Positions 1 to 13,837 are shown, numbered from the whole stretch's first letter. The stretch is 54,760 bases of DNA, filler included, from Sluysia triapertura (GCA_046118255.1; 4 parts of 4 records of this genome joined end to end with filler, not necessarily neighbours in it), one strand, 5' to 3'. The notes: a model not told the origin generated them from the letters alone. A program made the numbers and translations.

Positions 1-3000
1 GTTATATTTTATTTAAGTTATTATATGTTGGTGTGATATGTGGTGAATGTTTGTGATCGTCTGTGTTAGGGGTTTATAAATGAGCTGAACACTTCATCCT
101 GTAGAAGCTTCCAAGTTAATATTCAGTTGCTAGTTTGCGTAAATATTTTCTAGTTTCATTCTGAACACAATCAAAATGTATGTTTTTAAAATTTGTTTCT
201 CGGTGCTGGTATTGGTACCAACGATGGAGCCACAACCTATTTTATCTCAGATAATTTGTATATTGGAGAAAATAAAGTTGATCATAAAACAAATTTTTGT
301 CGTAAGATTCATAGACTCCATAGACTCTAAGCTAAGAAGATGTCACCGGCATTAATTTAAACATGTCTAAAATGTTTAATAACTATGTATGTAATTCTTT
401 AGTCATAGACATTTTTCTCATTAATCTGTTATCGCCTTTTCGTCACTACATATTTTGGTCTACGGACTTTTTTAGTTGATAGCATTAACGATCCAAGGCC
501 ACAAACCACCAACAGATTGAAATTTACACCAATATTTAATAAATTTATTTAATAAAATACGATATTTTATTTAAATCAAATAACTCGCAATTGGTTAGAA
601 AAATGTAATACAATATACTGAGAAAAATTATCGTTAAAACTCGAAAATAATATACTACAGAAAAAACTGCAGTAAAATTAAAGTTGTGTAAAAATTTTGA
701 GACCACGTTGGAAATTACTTTTTCCTGTCACACATTCAGAGAAATGATTTTGGATCGACCATCGGATCTCGCACATTACGATATCGAAATGCTAACCATA
801 CTCCAATTATCTTAATATTATAATTATATTAGTTATCGTATCAAATTGTCAGTATATATTAAATCAATAATTTAAAAATATTTCTAAAAATAGTTTAATA
901 GATAAGAATATAGTTAAGAAATAATTGAAAAACCTTCAATATTAATAAAAATCAAATTATTTTAATATTAATTCTAAAATAGTTAAAAAATAAATTAATT
1001 AAATATTTTCGTTTCAAAAATTTAAATACTAATTAAACATTATTTTGTTTTAAGTACACAAGAGACCTTAGGTGAAAAAAGTATGAATAGATGACTATCT
1101 TAAGTTACAATTTCAATAAATCTTATACAAGTTAAACATTTTAACATTCGAACACAAGTTATGATAACCTTATACCAGATAACAATTTTTATCTATTTGA
1201 TCAATTGATTCAAACACTTATTTTTTGAGGAAATCTTTCATCTACTCGAAAAGGAATCATTTAGTTGTAAAATGATTCGTTAGTTCGATTCTTTATAAGA
1301 TTAACAAATTTTATTTTTGTTGTATTTGACTTAAAATCTATATTAATTTTTACTCAATCATTTAAAAAGGTTGTTGAAAAATCTTAGTAAACTGATTTTA
1401 ACTTAGATTAATTACTTACAAGTTCTTAATCTTGAAAAATTTTATTTATACATTTATAAATATCCTGTAGATTGTAAAAATTTTTTGTTTGATATAAATT
1501 AGTTTATTATATCACGTTAATTGTTCCAGTTCTTTCGTAATATTAATTAATATAGCTTTAAAATATCCCTAAAATAAATTGTTTTAGCTGATTCAATAAT
1601 AAAATTTTCTTTTAAAGATCCTGTTTAATTGGGATCTTAAGTAAAATCTGTCACTGAAATAAGACAGAAATTAAACCATTGACACTACACCAGCAGATCT
1701 TTTAGGGGACTTTTGACTTTGTATAAACCTCCAGATAACAATTTATTCTTGATATTATTTTATTCGTCACTTACGTGTCGGCCCTTAAGTAAGTCTAACA
1801 TCGTAAGAAACTTACAAAGATAAAATTCAAATTATTCATCCAAGTTAAAATAAAATTGATACATTTACGTAGGGTAGTATAATATGTTCTCTGGATTTTC
1901 AAAATAAAGTATATAAATTACACTAAATAAATCAGGGTTTTATATTTACAGTGTTTAGAATGAAATTATCATGTTTAATTATTAATAAAAATGCAAAATA
2001 AATCAAGATATTAATCAACCCTAGCAAATATTAATATTGTAAATTATGATGTGTGTAAATTAATAGATGTGACTTTGATTATGTACAGGGTGTAGACTTT
2101 GATTTATTGATTTTTATTGATAATTCATTTTATTTTAAATTTTATTTCGGACTAAATTTATTATCATATGTAAGTGATATTTAATTTTAATTATTTGTTA
2201 ATTTAATTTTTTTAATTATTTGTTAAATTATTGTTTGTTTTATTAAATTAGTACTTCTTTTAATGAATTTAACAAGATCAAGCCAAAATTAATCTAAATA
2301 CGACATCCAAAATCTTATAACTCACAAAAAATTAATTTTTTTCAATCTTTTTCAAACAAATTCCTTGGACAGAAGACTGATTATCGTTAGTTTATTTTGT
2401 TTAGGTTTGCGTACGCTTTAAGTACAAGGTAAAATCCTACTTAATATAACTTTAATTTATTTCAGAACCATTTAAAAGGTTCTTTGTAAAATCGTTAAAT
2501 AAAAATTTTATTTTTGAGATTAAAGCTACTTAAGTTAATCTAAGTAACTTTCAGAGAAAAACGGTTTGATCGTGATTTTACATTTCGTAGAGAACTTTTT
2601 GTCTATTTTATAATAAACTTTATTTATTCCTTAGAGTTATTAATTTAAATCTAAAATCTTTGTATCAATGTTTTCAAGAAACTGATTTTTAATATCAGTA
2701 CGTAAAATTTTGTTTGATTCAGTTTAATTGAATCAAAGTAAATTCCCTCACACATATATAATTAACGATCCTTTTAAGAAGGATCATCGTAAATTACACA
2801 GATTCAAATTTTATAAATTACAATACCTGATAAAATATTTCTTTTAAAAATTTTCCGAAATTTTTATCGTATATCGCAAACTATTAAATTCTAAAGATCC
2901 TATTTAAGAAAGGATCCATCGTAAAATTTGAAAATAAATTGAACAACTAATAATTTATAACGATTTTAAATCCCATTATCTTTTGACCACAAAATTCGTG

Positions 3001-3099
3001 ATACTCTCAGTTGAAATAATTGCTTACCACTTAAAGTTAATAATAAGGCACTTGAGACTAATTTTAAACTCCAATAATTAGACGTTATTATTTATTTTT

Positions 3100-3152
3100 A
3101 AATCCAACGGTCTAGCCCTAAGCCGTAAGCCTAGATAAGTTGGCGAACTCAC
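3100..3152 (+). ncRNA. Conserved structured motif (hairpin with GTAAG in loop), copy A, in LTR-like repeat
   Basis: AAATCCAACGGTCTAGCCCTAAGCCGTAAGCCTAGATAAGTTGGCGAACTCAC; homologous copies at 18596-18646 (-) and 24284-24334 (+); stems CCAAC/GTTGG and TCTAG/CTAGA. Confidence 0.5.
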
Positions 3153-4360
3153 TGTCATACTTTTTTTCTGTAGGTTACTTTAATCACTTCTTACATTACT
3201 TTACTTTCTCACAATATTAATTAATAATTCAGTACGTAAAATATTAACAAGAAAATATGATTCACACAATTGAAAGCAAAGCATACAAAAGGTATGAAAA
3301 TAGATACAAATGGAGACAAATTATATTCTCATTGTTTTTTCGCCAACTAAAAAATGTATGCTTCATTTCATTTCATGTCCAGAAAAAAATATTTTTTATT
3401 AAAGAAATTACCGAAAAATTCCAAACATAACTTTTGAAAAAGGCAAAATTATTACTAAAATTAATTACAAAGATGCACAAACTTTAGAAACATGTAGTCA
3501 AAAATAATTAAGGAACTTGCTTGGAAAAAGTATATCTTGAAAAGTAAATTAACTTATTAGATAAAAGTATCTGGATGATAGAACCAATCATAACTATTCG
3601 TCGTGGAATTTAAATAGAAAATAAAAATTCATAATTATAGATAAGAAAATATCTAATATGTTGCTTATCGTATTTTAGCAATTGCAAATTGAAAAAATAT
3701 TTTAAATTATGATGCCATATTTATAAAAATTAAATACCATATGTACAACTGACTGCTTGTACATCTGTTTTACATCTACAAGAAAATTTTGGAAACTTGC
3801 GCTACAATTACAAAATGGTATAATTATAAAATGCTTGCCGAAAATATTATATTATGTAATTTTGTAATTATATAATTATATAATTATATAAGTAATTATA
3901 TAAGTAATTATGTAATTTTCAATGTGAAAAATAATTTTGATAAATTTTTGATAAAAGAGTATTTGATAAAGAATATTTAGTGAAAAGTAATCATGATTTC
4001 AATATTATTAATATAAAAACCATCGATAAATATGATAATATAGCACGAAAATTAAAATTCAGCATAACAACCTACGTAAAATCTGCAATACCTAATGGTC
4101 GTTATATGAAGTAAAAGTAGCATATGAAGCCGAACTAGTATAAAAGACGTTTCTATAACTTCACAATAATCATGTTTAGAGCTAACCTTGAATTAATTGT
4201 GTATTGCGAACACAAAAAAAATAAAAAAGTTGCCAACCTAATTTTGCAAATTAAAAAATATTAAAGTAATTAATAGTTTGCACGAAAATTAGTCAAGCAA
4301 ACCATAAAAACATAATTACAAGATCTTAATAATTTATTTACTAAAATAGCTAGACATATT

Positions 4361-5112
4361 TGTTAAGTTGTCATTACAAGCCTTTAAAATCCTAAAAAAA
4401 CACAAAAAATAAATTAATTTTCGAAAAGATAAAATAACATTTTCTAAAAAAGAAAGAATTTTCTAGAATGTTTCCACAGAATGATTAAATTAATTACTTT
4501 ACAGTTTTCGACTCCCTAGTATTGGTAAGTTATTTTTGTTAAGATAATTTGAACTTGGAGTTAAAATTTTAAAATCCACGAAAAATATTTTAAAATTGAA
4601 TTTTGATCCCTGATTTATGAGGACTAAATCATTTTTCATATATTTGTTTATTATAAAAATAAGTCTTAATAAGGTTTTAATTATAGAATATAATTTGATT
4701 ATCTCAATTTTAGTTTACCCTTTACTTATTAGAATTTTTTATATTGATTTTTTAAATTTTTTGTAATAAATTAAAAGAATCAACGTACAAGAAATTATAG
4801 AGTTTAAGGGTAAAGTTATTTTCTATTGATTATTACAAACTTTTAGTTACACATACGCCCACTTCGCGTCATAAGTCGTATACAGTAGGATAAGAGTTAA
4901 CACCTTCTACCAAAGGTGTCAAAATTTAACATTTTAATTTGAAATTATTTTCTAGGTTTAATCATTTTTTCTTACTTCATGTTTTGACTTGATTATAAAT
5001 TTATTTAGCGATATAATTTTCCTTCAGCTCATCCTAGATCTAAATATATGTACCCGGTATACAAATAGGTATACACAAAATCATGGTAGAAAGTGTTAAT
5101 AAAACCACAGCT
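4361..5112. mobile_element. Solo LTR, TGTTAGG family (degenerate), interrupted by a piggyBac-type MITE
   Basis: Starts TGTTAAGTTGTCATTAC like 11155; with the MITE removed the end reads GTAGGATAAGAGTTAATAAAACCACAGC vs GTAGGTTAAGTGTTAGTAAAACTACAGC in the 11155 copy; flanks TATT/TATG (imperfect 4-bp TSD). Confidence 0.6.
4901..5095. mobile_element. piggyBac-type MITE (195 bp)
   Basis: TIRs CACCTTCTACCA / TGGTAGAAAGTG (11/12), TTAA on both sides (4897-4900, 5096-5099); paralogous LTR at ~11887-11914 lacks the insert. Confidence 0.85.
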
Positions 5113-6068
5113 TATGGAAATGAATGTAATTTTTATAACTCAAAATCAGTTTCATCAAAATTATAATCATCTGACTAGAAATTTAAAAGTTTTATATTTA
5201 AAAACCTAGAGAACAAATTGTAATTGCTATGTAACACAATCATTTCAACATAAAGAATTACTTTAGTAAACACAGAAACAGTAGATTTTGCACAATCGTA
5301 TTCTGATGTGCTGCTATCCATGGAAATTTTTAATCAAAAAGGCATTATCTACTATAAACAATATACTATGAAATTTCAAATTCAATATGTCATACTTAAA
5401 ATCACATTTCATAACATTTCAAATTTTACATTTGCAGATTCATTAAAATTTTAGATACTTTAAAACATTTTAAATTCACAATTTCATAAAATTAAAATCA
5501 TAATCAACATCGAAAATTATCAAATGTACATTTCAAAGTTAATTCAAAACATTTCAAGTTCTCAATTCTTCAACATTCAAATCATTAATATCATTGAAAA
5601 GCATTAATTTACATTTCAAAGTTATTGTAAAACATCATTATAATCAAAATGGAATTACTTTTAACATCCTTAACTACGTCGTTACTTTTTTAGTTATTAC
5701 TTGATAAATTCCTTTCTAAAAGATAATAAGAATTTAATGAAAAGAAAAGAATTTTAAAAGTAATAGAAATGTTATGTAAAGAAAGAATTATTCTTTTACA
5801 TTTTCCTTTTTTATAAAGAAGTCAAGAAAGAATTTTATGTTTTAAAAGTATTTAAAGATTTTTTGTAAAATAAAAGAAATATGAATTTATGCATTTTATT
5901 TGTATTAATCTATATTAGTTATTATTATTTATTTCCAATTTTATTATTGTAGTACTATTATTATTACCATTATTATTAATTATACTACTATTATTAATTA
6001 ATTATTGTATTCTCATTATTCATTATCATAATCATATCACATTATTCTTCATAACTAACATCATTTGT

Positions 6069-6160
6069 ACTGTCAGTAATGACAGTCTTTTAATTGACAT
6101 AGGTTATTTACTGTCATTACTGACAGTCACTATTAAGCAAAATCAAAGCTATTGGCTGTG
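6069..6160 (+). promoter_or_regulatory. Putative promoter module: two ACTGTCA-N4-TGACAGT palindromes plus ATTGG (CCAAT) box
   Basis: Perfect palindromes at 6069-6086 and 6110-6127; ATTGG near 6151; ~620 nt upstream of the CCCH gene ATG; same module at 22665, 31824 and (degenerate) 21343. Confidence 0.55.
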
Positions 6161-6745
6161 AATAGTAGGTGTATTATTTCACAGGTGATTAGTGTACAGC
6201 AATTAATTGTTAGATAATAAATAGAAAATAATTAAAGTTTATTAAAATTAACAGTAGTCACATTTTGCTTTTTTATATTTTATTACTGAAGATTTATTCG
6301 TCAAATTTGTGTTAAATAGAAAACAAATTTTTCGACAATTACTAATTATTGTTTTGAAGTAACTTTTTAATATAGCAAAGTAAAATTTTTATAATTACTC
6401 AGAAATCATGTTATTAAATCAATTTAACTGTTAATTCATTAATGAGTCGTATGTATTAGATTTGGCTCTCTTAGTCAGTTAAACTTTGATGTGGCACCAG
6501 AATACCGATTTGATTAGAGCCTAGTGAAGATTATATTGCAGTAAAGATGTATGATAAATTTAGTGATAACTGTTCACGAAATAATAATTTTAATGAAATA
6601 CATTTCTCTAGAGAACATTTAGACTTCTGTCGACAACAATTAGTACCATTTCAATCAATTATGTCACGTAAATCACGAAGTAAGAAATGCTTATCATTAA
6701 GTGTATATTATCATAACATATATATTATAACATAATTTTAAAGCA

Positions 6746-8250
6746 ATGAAAAGTGTCAGTATACCAAATGGTCATGATTCGAATATTCCATTATCCATCA
6801 AAGATATATCAAATGATCAGAACAAAGTCTTTTCAAACGTGCTTAATCCTAAACGCGATACATCGTATGATTTTAGTCTTCAATTGATTTGACATATTGT
6901 CCAATTGATACGGAAAACAGTTACAAAATAAGTCAATTTGATGATAAATTTAAACTTTCAAAATGTGCACTTTGCCCATTTCGAGTCACAACATCGGGAC
7001 AATGTACGAAATATGGCGATCTATGTCCTTATGCCCATGGGTAGAAAAAACTAGTATCAATTTCTGAAAATGAAAGTTCAATTTGAATATCCTGCTTTCT
7101 TGTTAAAAACTTTAATAAGGTAAATTTAATTTCTTTCAAACATTTGCTCATTTTTGATTTTATGATGATTATGATAACTTTATAATTTCAATTTTCGAGC
7201 GCTCGAGAAATAAAAGAAAAAATTTTTATATAAATTTTAGATATGTCTTAAATAAATGTTTGGTAATCCATTTTATGTTTTATATTAACGAATTTAATAA
7301 AGCTTTATATATAAATTCGATAACATGTTAAATTTTAATAAGATCTGATAAATTTTTCGTTTATAACAAAATCTTAATAGAATATAAATATCTTAAAGCA
7401 ACTATAACACCAAAATATAATTTATTTAAAATGAAAGAATGTGAAGAGCGAGAAAATTATTTACATCGTTAAGAGTTACTTCGTGATTCTAGTAATTTAC
7501 AGCACGAAGAATTAGAATTAAAAAAGAAAAAGATCGAATACAACGCGAAGTACAAATTTTACGTGATCAATATCGTTTAAAAATGGATTCATTGGAAGCT
7601 AAAAAACCTAAGTTGCTTGAAGTTGAAATGAGTATCCAATTTAAAAACTGAGGAACAAATTAATAGAAGAAAAGAAATCAATAACGAAATAAGAAAACCA
7701 CAGATCAAAGTATTGCAGCTCAAAATGAAATAAATAAAGGACAACAAGTTAAGGAAAAAGACGAACAAGTTTTAACAGAGCTAGAAATATTCAATCAAGT
7801 CAAAACAATTAATCAATAAAACTAGCACAGTCGCTCTGGATGTCATTAAAATCTGAAAACATTGATTATAACGAATATTTGCATCGATTGATTATAGTAG
7901 CATTAAATGCGTTTAAATGTGAAAACTTATTTAAAATTTTATGGAATTCTAGTTTCAGCAACGATTATGAAGTCTGTGTTGCCAAACAGGGTGTTACAGA
8001 AGTTTATACAGAGTCCTTATGTAGGATACCTTTTAATTAATAAAACACCACGTCTTGCGAATTGAGAGTGAATTAGGTAATACTGATATTATCGATCTTT
8101 TTTTATGTTAAAAGATTGCAAGTTTATAATTTTTGTTTAATTTTTGTACTATATTAAGTGTATGAAATTAACGAAGTAGAATTTTATAAAGCAGAATGTT
8201 GGAAGTCGCATTTCTTTAAATCATCTAAGAGAGATTATACTGCATAAAGA
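6746..8250 (+). pseudogene. CCCH zinc-finger protein pseudogene (paralog of 30484-31228)
   Basis: 6961-7043 reads KCALCPFRVTTSGQCTKYGDLCPYAHG* (C-x9-C-x6-C-x3-H, TIS11-like context); start MKSVSIP matches MKSMSLP of the paralog; GT donor after FNK at the same position; several stops. 3' extent approximate. Confidence 0.7.
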
Positions 8251-9124
8251 ACTCATGCGATTATTCTTAAAATAACAATTAATTAATTATAATAATTAAT
8301 TTCTCTTTGTTAATTTACGGCTATGTAGGATGTTGCCAATTATTTTGCTATAAATTCAGTACTAAAATTAGTAGTTGGACACAAAATTTATGACATAATT
8401 AAATACGAAATTTACCTAAGCAAATATCAAATTCATGGCCGAGACAATTTATGTAGAACTGATTATCAATAAAGTTAACACAAATGCAGCCGCGACAACT
8501 TATGTAGAAGAGGTTATCAGTAAAGTAATCAAGAATGCAGCGAGATAACTATTAAAGAAAAAGCAGTCATTTCACGGTATCATCATTTATGATAATCGAC
8601 AAAATCAGAATAGTCAAAGAGGATTTGTTGGCTGCTAATCTTCACAATATCCCATTATCGCAGGAAATAACCAGCGATGAATAACGTTTCTCGTTGGTCA
8701 AATGGCCAATTTAGAAGTAAGGTATTTTGATGTTCTTTCATCTTTGATCGATCTTCTTGAATTCTATATCCCAATTATAGTAAAATAATCTCGATATTCT
8801 ATTTTAGCTTTTTAGATTTTGATCTAAATTTAAAAAATCTGTTTGAAATTTGTCATTTATAATTATTACATTATCGATAATAAGAATAAAATTCATTTTG
8901 CAATTAATAATTTAAATCTTGTAAATATATTTCAATTTCCAGTATCTATGATTTCCAGTGATCATGATTAAAGGTCATATACATGTTTCTATATTATTTA
9001 CCACATTTTGCAGTATTAATAAGTGTTATGAAAGATAAAAGTAACAGTAAAATTAAGTGTATTCAAAAAGAAATTTTTGTGTAATGTTTAACTTTCTCCC
9101 CATTTTTATAAACATCAAAATACT

Positions 9125-9640
9125 ATGAGTCTCTTAACCTATTCCAAACGAATTTGAGAGTGCGACAGATGATATTATTGAATCAGTAGATGATTCTGGT
9201 AACATATTCGAGAAATGAAGTGAAGGTAACTCAGGATTGGCAACCATTGAATCTGGTAATGGAGTTACAGATTCAAAAAATGTGCAGTGGAGTAAGAGAT
9301 TGGTGTTGTGTGGAACAATAATTTGTGGTATTATCATTTACGCTTCTTGTGAGAGTTTTATAAAACCGTATTTGCTATTAATCACTATGTCATTCAATTT
9401 GTCAATTCAATACGTTTATAGTTACACTAATGCAGTGGTCTAAAATAGTTACGGCATGATAATATTCTATTAATATTTATAGGTGTTCGGTTTGCATTGC
9501 AAATTATTGTCTTTGGCTGATCCATAATTATAATCTCCCATGTGGTTAGAAGAAAACTATGATGCACAATTGATATGCTAGCACTCGTATCGATAATAGC
9601 TCGAATCCATCTACCGTTTAAGCAAACGTTTTGAAATGTG
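9125..9640 (+). pseudogene. Decayed two-exon membrane protein fragment, possibly MFS sugar transporter
   Basis: Hydrophobic segment LVLCGTIICGIIIYAS followed by GTGAG; after TTTATAG (~9482) reads VRFALQIIVFG*SIIIISHVVRRKL*, resembling the GRR-x-L loop of sugar porters; in-frame stops. Confidence 0.3.
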
Positions 9641-10146
9641 TGAGTTTGTATTCAAAATGAGATATATTTAAGTCCTGACAGGAATACTGGGATATTATTA
9701 TTATCATTAAGCGTGCCTAAAGACTTGAATGCCCAAGAGAATATCTTAACTATACTTACCTTTTAAAATTTAAGTTATCCGAACTGTTTTAAGAAGTCAA
9801 ATTATCCATTAAATGAAAAGTATAATTTTATTCAATGTATTAAAAATGTGTATGTTTCTACGTGGTTGGATATTCCCAACATTTGTAATATTCAAATTTA
9901 TTGGGTTTTTGTCTTAACTTATCCTGATCAATAAATAACTTTATGTTATGAGTTCTACGATCCTAGGCTTACAAGAACGGTTAGTCCGTAAGATTTTTAA
10001 GAATCTAATTTGATAGAGGTCATTTAATTACATTTATGCTATGCAAGTACTTACGATTTTGTTAAAGTTGTACTGAAGAGTACAATTATAATGTTTTAAA
10101 CTGGATTATTGTTTCCACTTTATGGTGAGATTATTATTTGAGATTC

Positions 10147-10287
10147 TGTTACTTCATAAAATGGACTAACCGGGAATAGAATCTCGTACCTCTCGCTTAA
10201 CAACTGTGAAGTTCGATACTGTGATCACTAAGATAACAGCCCCGTCTAACAATTTTGTTTGTTATACTATCATTATTCTATAGTACA
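10147..10287 (-). mobile_element. tRNA-containing mini-LTR, degenerate copy
   Basis: Reverse complement contains TGTTAGACGGGGCTG...TTCCCGGTTAGTCCATTTTATGAAGTAACA; possible ATTC/ATTC TSD (10143-10146, 10288-10291); 5' part decayed. Confidence 0.6.
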
Positions 10288-10874
10288 ATTCTATTTAAAT
10301 AGAACCCATTGTAAATGATTTTCTAAATCGGTATTATATACCGAAAATGCTTGAGAACAATGCGATTTTAGATTTTTGTTAAAACAATGTAAATTAAATT
10401 CATATATTGTTAGTCGTTAAAAATTATTGACTATGATAAATCAATATTAATTCAATTAGCTTAAACGGAATCTCAATTGTCCAAGTACTGACTAAATCAA
10501 GTATAAGTTTTCAAACAATTCTCCTATTTAATATTAATATTTATTCACCCCAAATTTAAGCTCTTGAAATCAAATCAAAAATAATACAATAATTCATTAT
10601 TGAACGAAAATCAAAATGTAATTTATTATTATAAATCTCTACTAAGCAATATTCAAACTGGCTAAAAGGTCAAGATTAATAATAATTTTTATAATAATAT
10701 GAAGGACACTACAATATAACTAAAGAAACCAGGAGTGACGCAACAAACAAAAAAGTAAATTGCAAAGGAAGTCTCCCACTAAATGATATCAAAATACTGT
10801 TGGGATTGCCCAACTTTAGATTAAGAGACGAGTAAAGAATATATATAGAATTACAAATGAAGAAAGAATTGATG

Positions 10875-10974
10875 NNNNNNNNNNNNNNNNNNNNNNNNNN
10901 NNNNNNNNNNNNNNNNNNTTAATTAATTAANNNNNNNNNNNNNNNNNNNNNNNNNNNNNNNNNNNNNNNNNNNN
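10875..10974. other. Assembly gap with artificial six-frame stop linker (44N-TTAATTAATTAA-44N)
   Basis: Same 100-nt construct at 25828-25927 and 43463-43562. Confidence 0.97.
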
Positions 10975-11154
10975 GTGTATTATTGTTTTATGAAATGAAT
11001 TGAGTAATGTTTATGTTTGAAAGGTATGGTTGTGATTAAGGTTATTTTAATAAAGTTATTTTTAATTTTAAATTATGGGGTTGGCCACTACAATAATAAT
11101 AATAAATAGCAGCAATAATAATTTATTAACCTTTAATTATTTATATCTTATAAG

Positions 11155-11915
11155 TGTTAGGTTGTCATCATAACCCTTTAAAATCACAAAAATACATTAA
11201 AATTATTTAAAAATCAATTAAAGTGCTTTGGAAATCTTTAAAATTACTTTAAAATAATTATTTCCGAAAGAAATTTATTTCCAAAAAAGAAAATAAAATT
11301 TCTAAAAAAGAAAATAAAATAGAAGCTTCTAGAATGTTCTAGAACATTCCATCGATTTTCATTGGCTGATAACTGGTAGATATCGCCATTACGGATAATG
11401 GACTGTTTTACAATTCATCTAGTGGACAATGTTCGAATTATATACAATTCCATGTTTAAAGTAATTTACTTTTATTAAGTAGATATTAATTTTGTATAAA
11501 AAAATTAATACCATAAAATCTACTCAAAATAAAAATCTATTTAATCAAGTGTGAGGTTTCCCCAATGTATTGAGGGGCAAAATACAGGATAAACTATCAT
11601 TTATAAGTTAAATACTAGTCAACAAATTTTTATTAAAATTCGATCTTTATTTAAACCCTTTCATTTCTTGATCTTATAAGCAATTTATATTATTTAATTT
11701 TTGTAATAAGTCTTTGGATTCACATTTTTGGTTTCATTTATTGTGTAATAATTTGAGCCCTTAATCATTAAGTTTTTTAGACCCTCTATTATTAAATTTG
11801 TTAAATAGAGTCATTACTTTGTAGGTAATTGTTAACTTTTTGTTACAGAATCACCATCTTTACGACTTATGACATTTACTGTAACCGTAGGTTAAGTGTT
11901 AGTAAAACTACAGCA
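11155..11915. mobile_element. Solo LTR (761 bp), TGTTAGG family
   Basis: Termini TGTTAGGTTGTCATCA ... AAACTACAGCA with perfect 4-bp TSD TAAG (11151-11154, 11916-11919); 5' ~240 bp shared with 4361, 17834, 28804 and 41996 (-). Confidence 0.8.
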
Positions 11916-12046
11916 TAAGTTATTTAATTAGAATAAATGTAAAAAACCGAAAATAATATATTTAATATAATATATTTACATTTCCAAAATCCATTTTAAC
12001 TTAATTCTATGTAACTAATTTAATTAATAAAAAGAAAATGACTAAC

Positions 12047-12239
12047 TTGTGAAGCGGTTTGTCCAATGTCGTGATATTCTGTAAGAAATAAATGGCGCTG
12101 TTGATTAAGCCAATCTGACATACGACCTATATCATCTTCAAATAATCGTAACTGATAAATCTGTTCCAAACGACTTCGACCAGATTCCCATTTATGTTGA
12201 AGATGTGCACGATATTCGTATAATTGTTGGACGGTCTTT
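12047..12239 (-). CDS. TRIO: Internal exon of Trio/Kalirin (UNC-73) family RhoGEF, spectrin-repeat region
   Basis: Open frame KTVQQLYEYRAHLQHKWESGRSRLEQIYQLRLFEDDIGRMSDWLNQQRHLFLTEYHDIGQTASQ matches the Trio/Kalirin pattern HLHQMW...LDQCFQLRLFEQD..KMFDWI....LFL..Y.EIG; ends at a GTTAGT donor; 5' part lost in the N gap. Missed by the ORF track. Confidence 0.85.
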
Positions 12240-13837
12240 NNNNNNNNNNNNNNNNNNNNNNNNNNNNNNNNNNNNNNNNNNNNNNNNNNNNNNNNNNNNN
12301 NNNNNNNNNNNNNNNNNNNNNNNNNNNNNNNNNNNNNNNNNNNNNNNNNNNNNNNNNNNNNNNNNNNNNNNNNNNNNTACTTTCATTTGTTATGACTACT
12401 TGGATTATATTTTATATTATACTCAATAGTATAACTTTATTTGCTTTAGTAAAATTGGATACATTATAGAAAATGTTTATAAGTATGATATACAAGAATC
12501 AACATTGTAAATTTTTTGTAAAAAACAATACTGTAAGTTTTGTGAAAAAAATTAAAAATAAAAACATTTTAAATAAATTGCGAATACAAAAATATTAATA
12601 TTGCACTTATTTTTTTATAATATCTAAATATCCTCGAATGTTTATTATAACCCGAAAAACGATTTTAAAAACACTGACAATATATTTATAGGCATACAAA
12701 GCATTCAGAAGAACATCTCAACAACAAATCAGAAGCCAGAAATCAATAAACAAATGTGAAGAACGTAAATGTCAATAAAACTTGAAAAGTCCGCTGAATA
12801 CTAATAGGTACAAACAAATACCAACTAACAAGGTGGATATAAATGAATAAAATACATGGAATCGAAAATAATATACAGTGATATTACATATAGTAATTAA
12901 CTAGCATATAGATAGAAATTGACTATAGAGTCATAATATAAGATCCACTTTACAAACGTTATTATGGAATTTAATGGACTGGAGGGAGATTAATTATAGA
13001 AAAATCTTATAGGATGAAAATTAGACATTTATTGGCTATAAATTTGAACAAGGAAAAATAGATTTTTCAGTATCATTATAAATTTGGTTTCGAACTTTAG
13101 TCTCGATTCTTCAAAGTTGTTTCGGTTATTTACCATACAAATTACATTGATTCCACCAAGTAGGTGCAGTATTGGTCTAAATAATCATAATGAGAAATTA
13201 AGAAATATATACTCTTTTAATTGTTCATGCTTTTGGGGCGAGAATTAGGACTCTTTAAATGTGATTATCAATTGTATTCAGTTGTAACATATTTGGATAC
13301 AATGAAATTTAATATTTAAGTTTGATTTTATTTTTTCCTAGGGGTTTTGATTTAAAGCTCTTACGCAAAATCACACTTCCATATTTAAAATTCATAGAGA
13401 CAAGTTAAGAGTAATCAAGATAGATAATTAGGATTATTATCAGTAACCGATAATTAGGATAGATGTGTTTTAAAGTAATAAAACACATTATATTTTTATA
13501 AAACTAATAATAATAATTATAATTATAAAAATAAATAATAATTTTTATCGATATTTTAGTAATCGGTTTGTAATATTTTGTTGAGTTTCATTTTATGTTT
13601 AAATTTTATTGTTGACTTTAATTTTAATTATTTTCGTAATAATCATAATTGTAACTTTTATCACAATATAAATAATTTTAAGTTTTACAAGAACCTTAAG
13701 TCCATTTTGAATTTTAATTTAAATTTTAAACCCGTTAACGACTTAATATTAACTCGGCCGTCACAATAGTATCAAGCCAGAAAGTGTTGTTGAAACTAAA
13801 AATGAGTCTGCATGAATTGTAGTTGTTTTGAAATTAA

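Noticed and set aside
3100-3152. Twister or pistol ribozyme (CCCAAGC / GCCCTAAGC resemblance)
   Set aside because: Required pseudoknot partners (GAGGG for twister, an upstream TTAGGG loop for pistol) were not seen; kept only as an unassigned structured motif.
10919-10930. TTAATTAATTAA centred in N runs (three times) as a biological motif
   Set aside because: Identical 44N-12-44N construct giving stops in all six frames: an assembly linker. Adjacency across these gaps is unproven.
12192-12469. ORFs spanning the N gap
   Set aside because: Open only because of Ns; the real coding frame is the minus-strand Trio exon.
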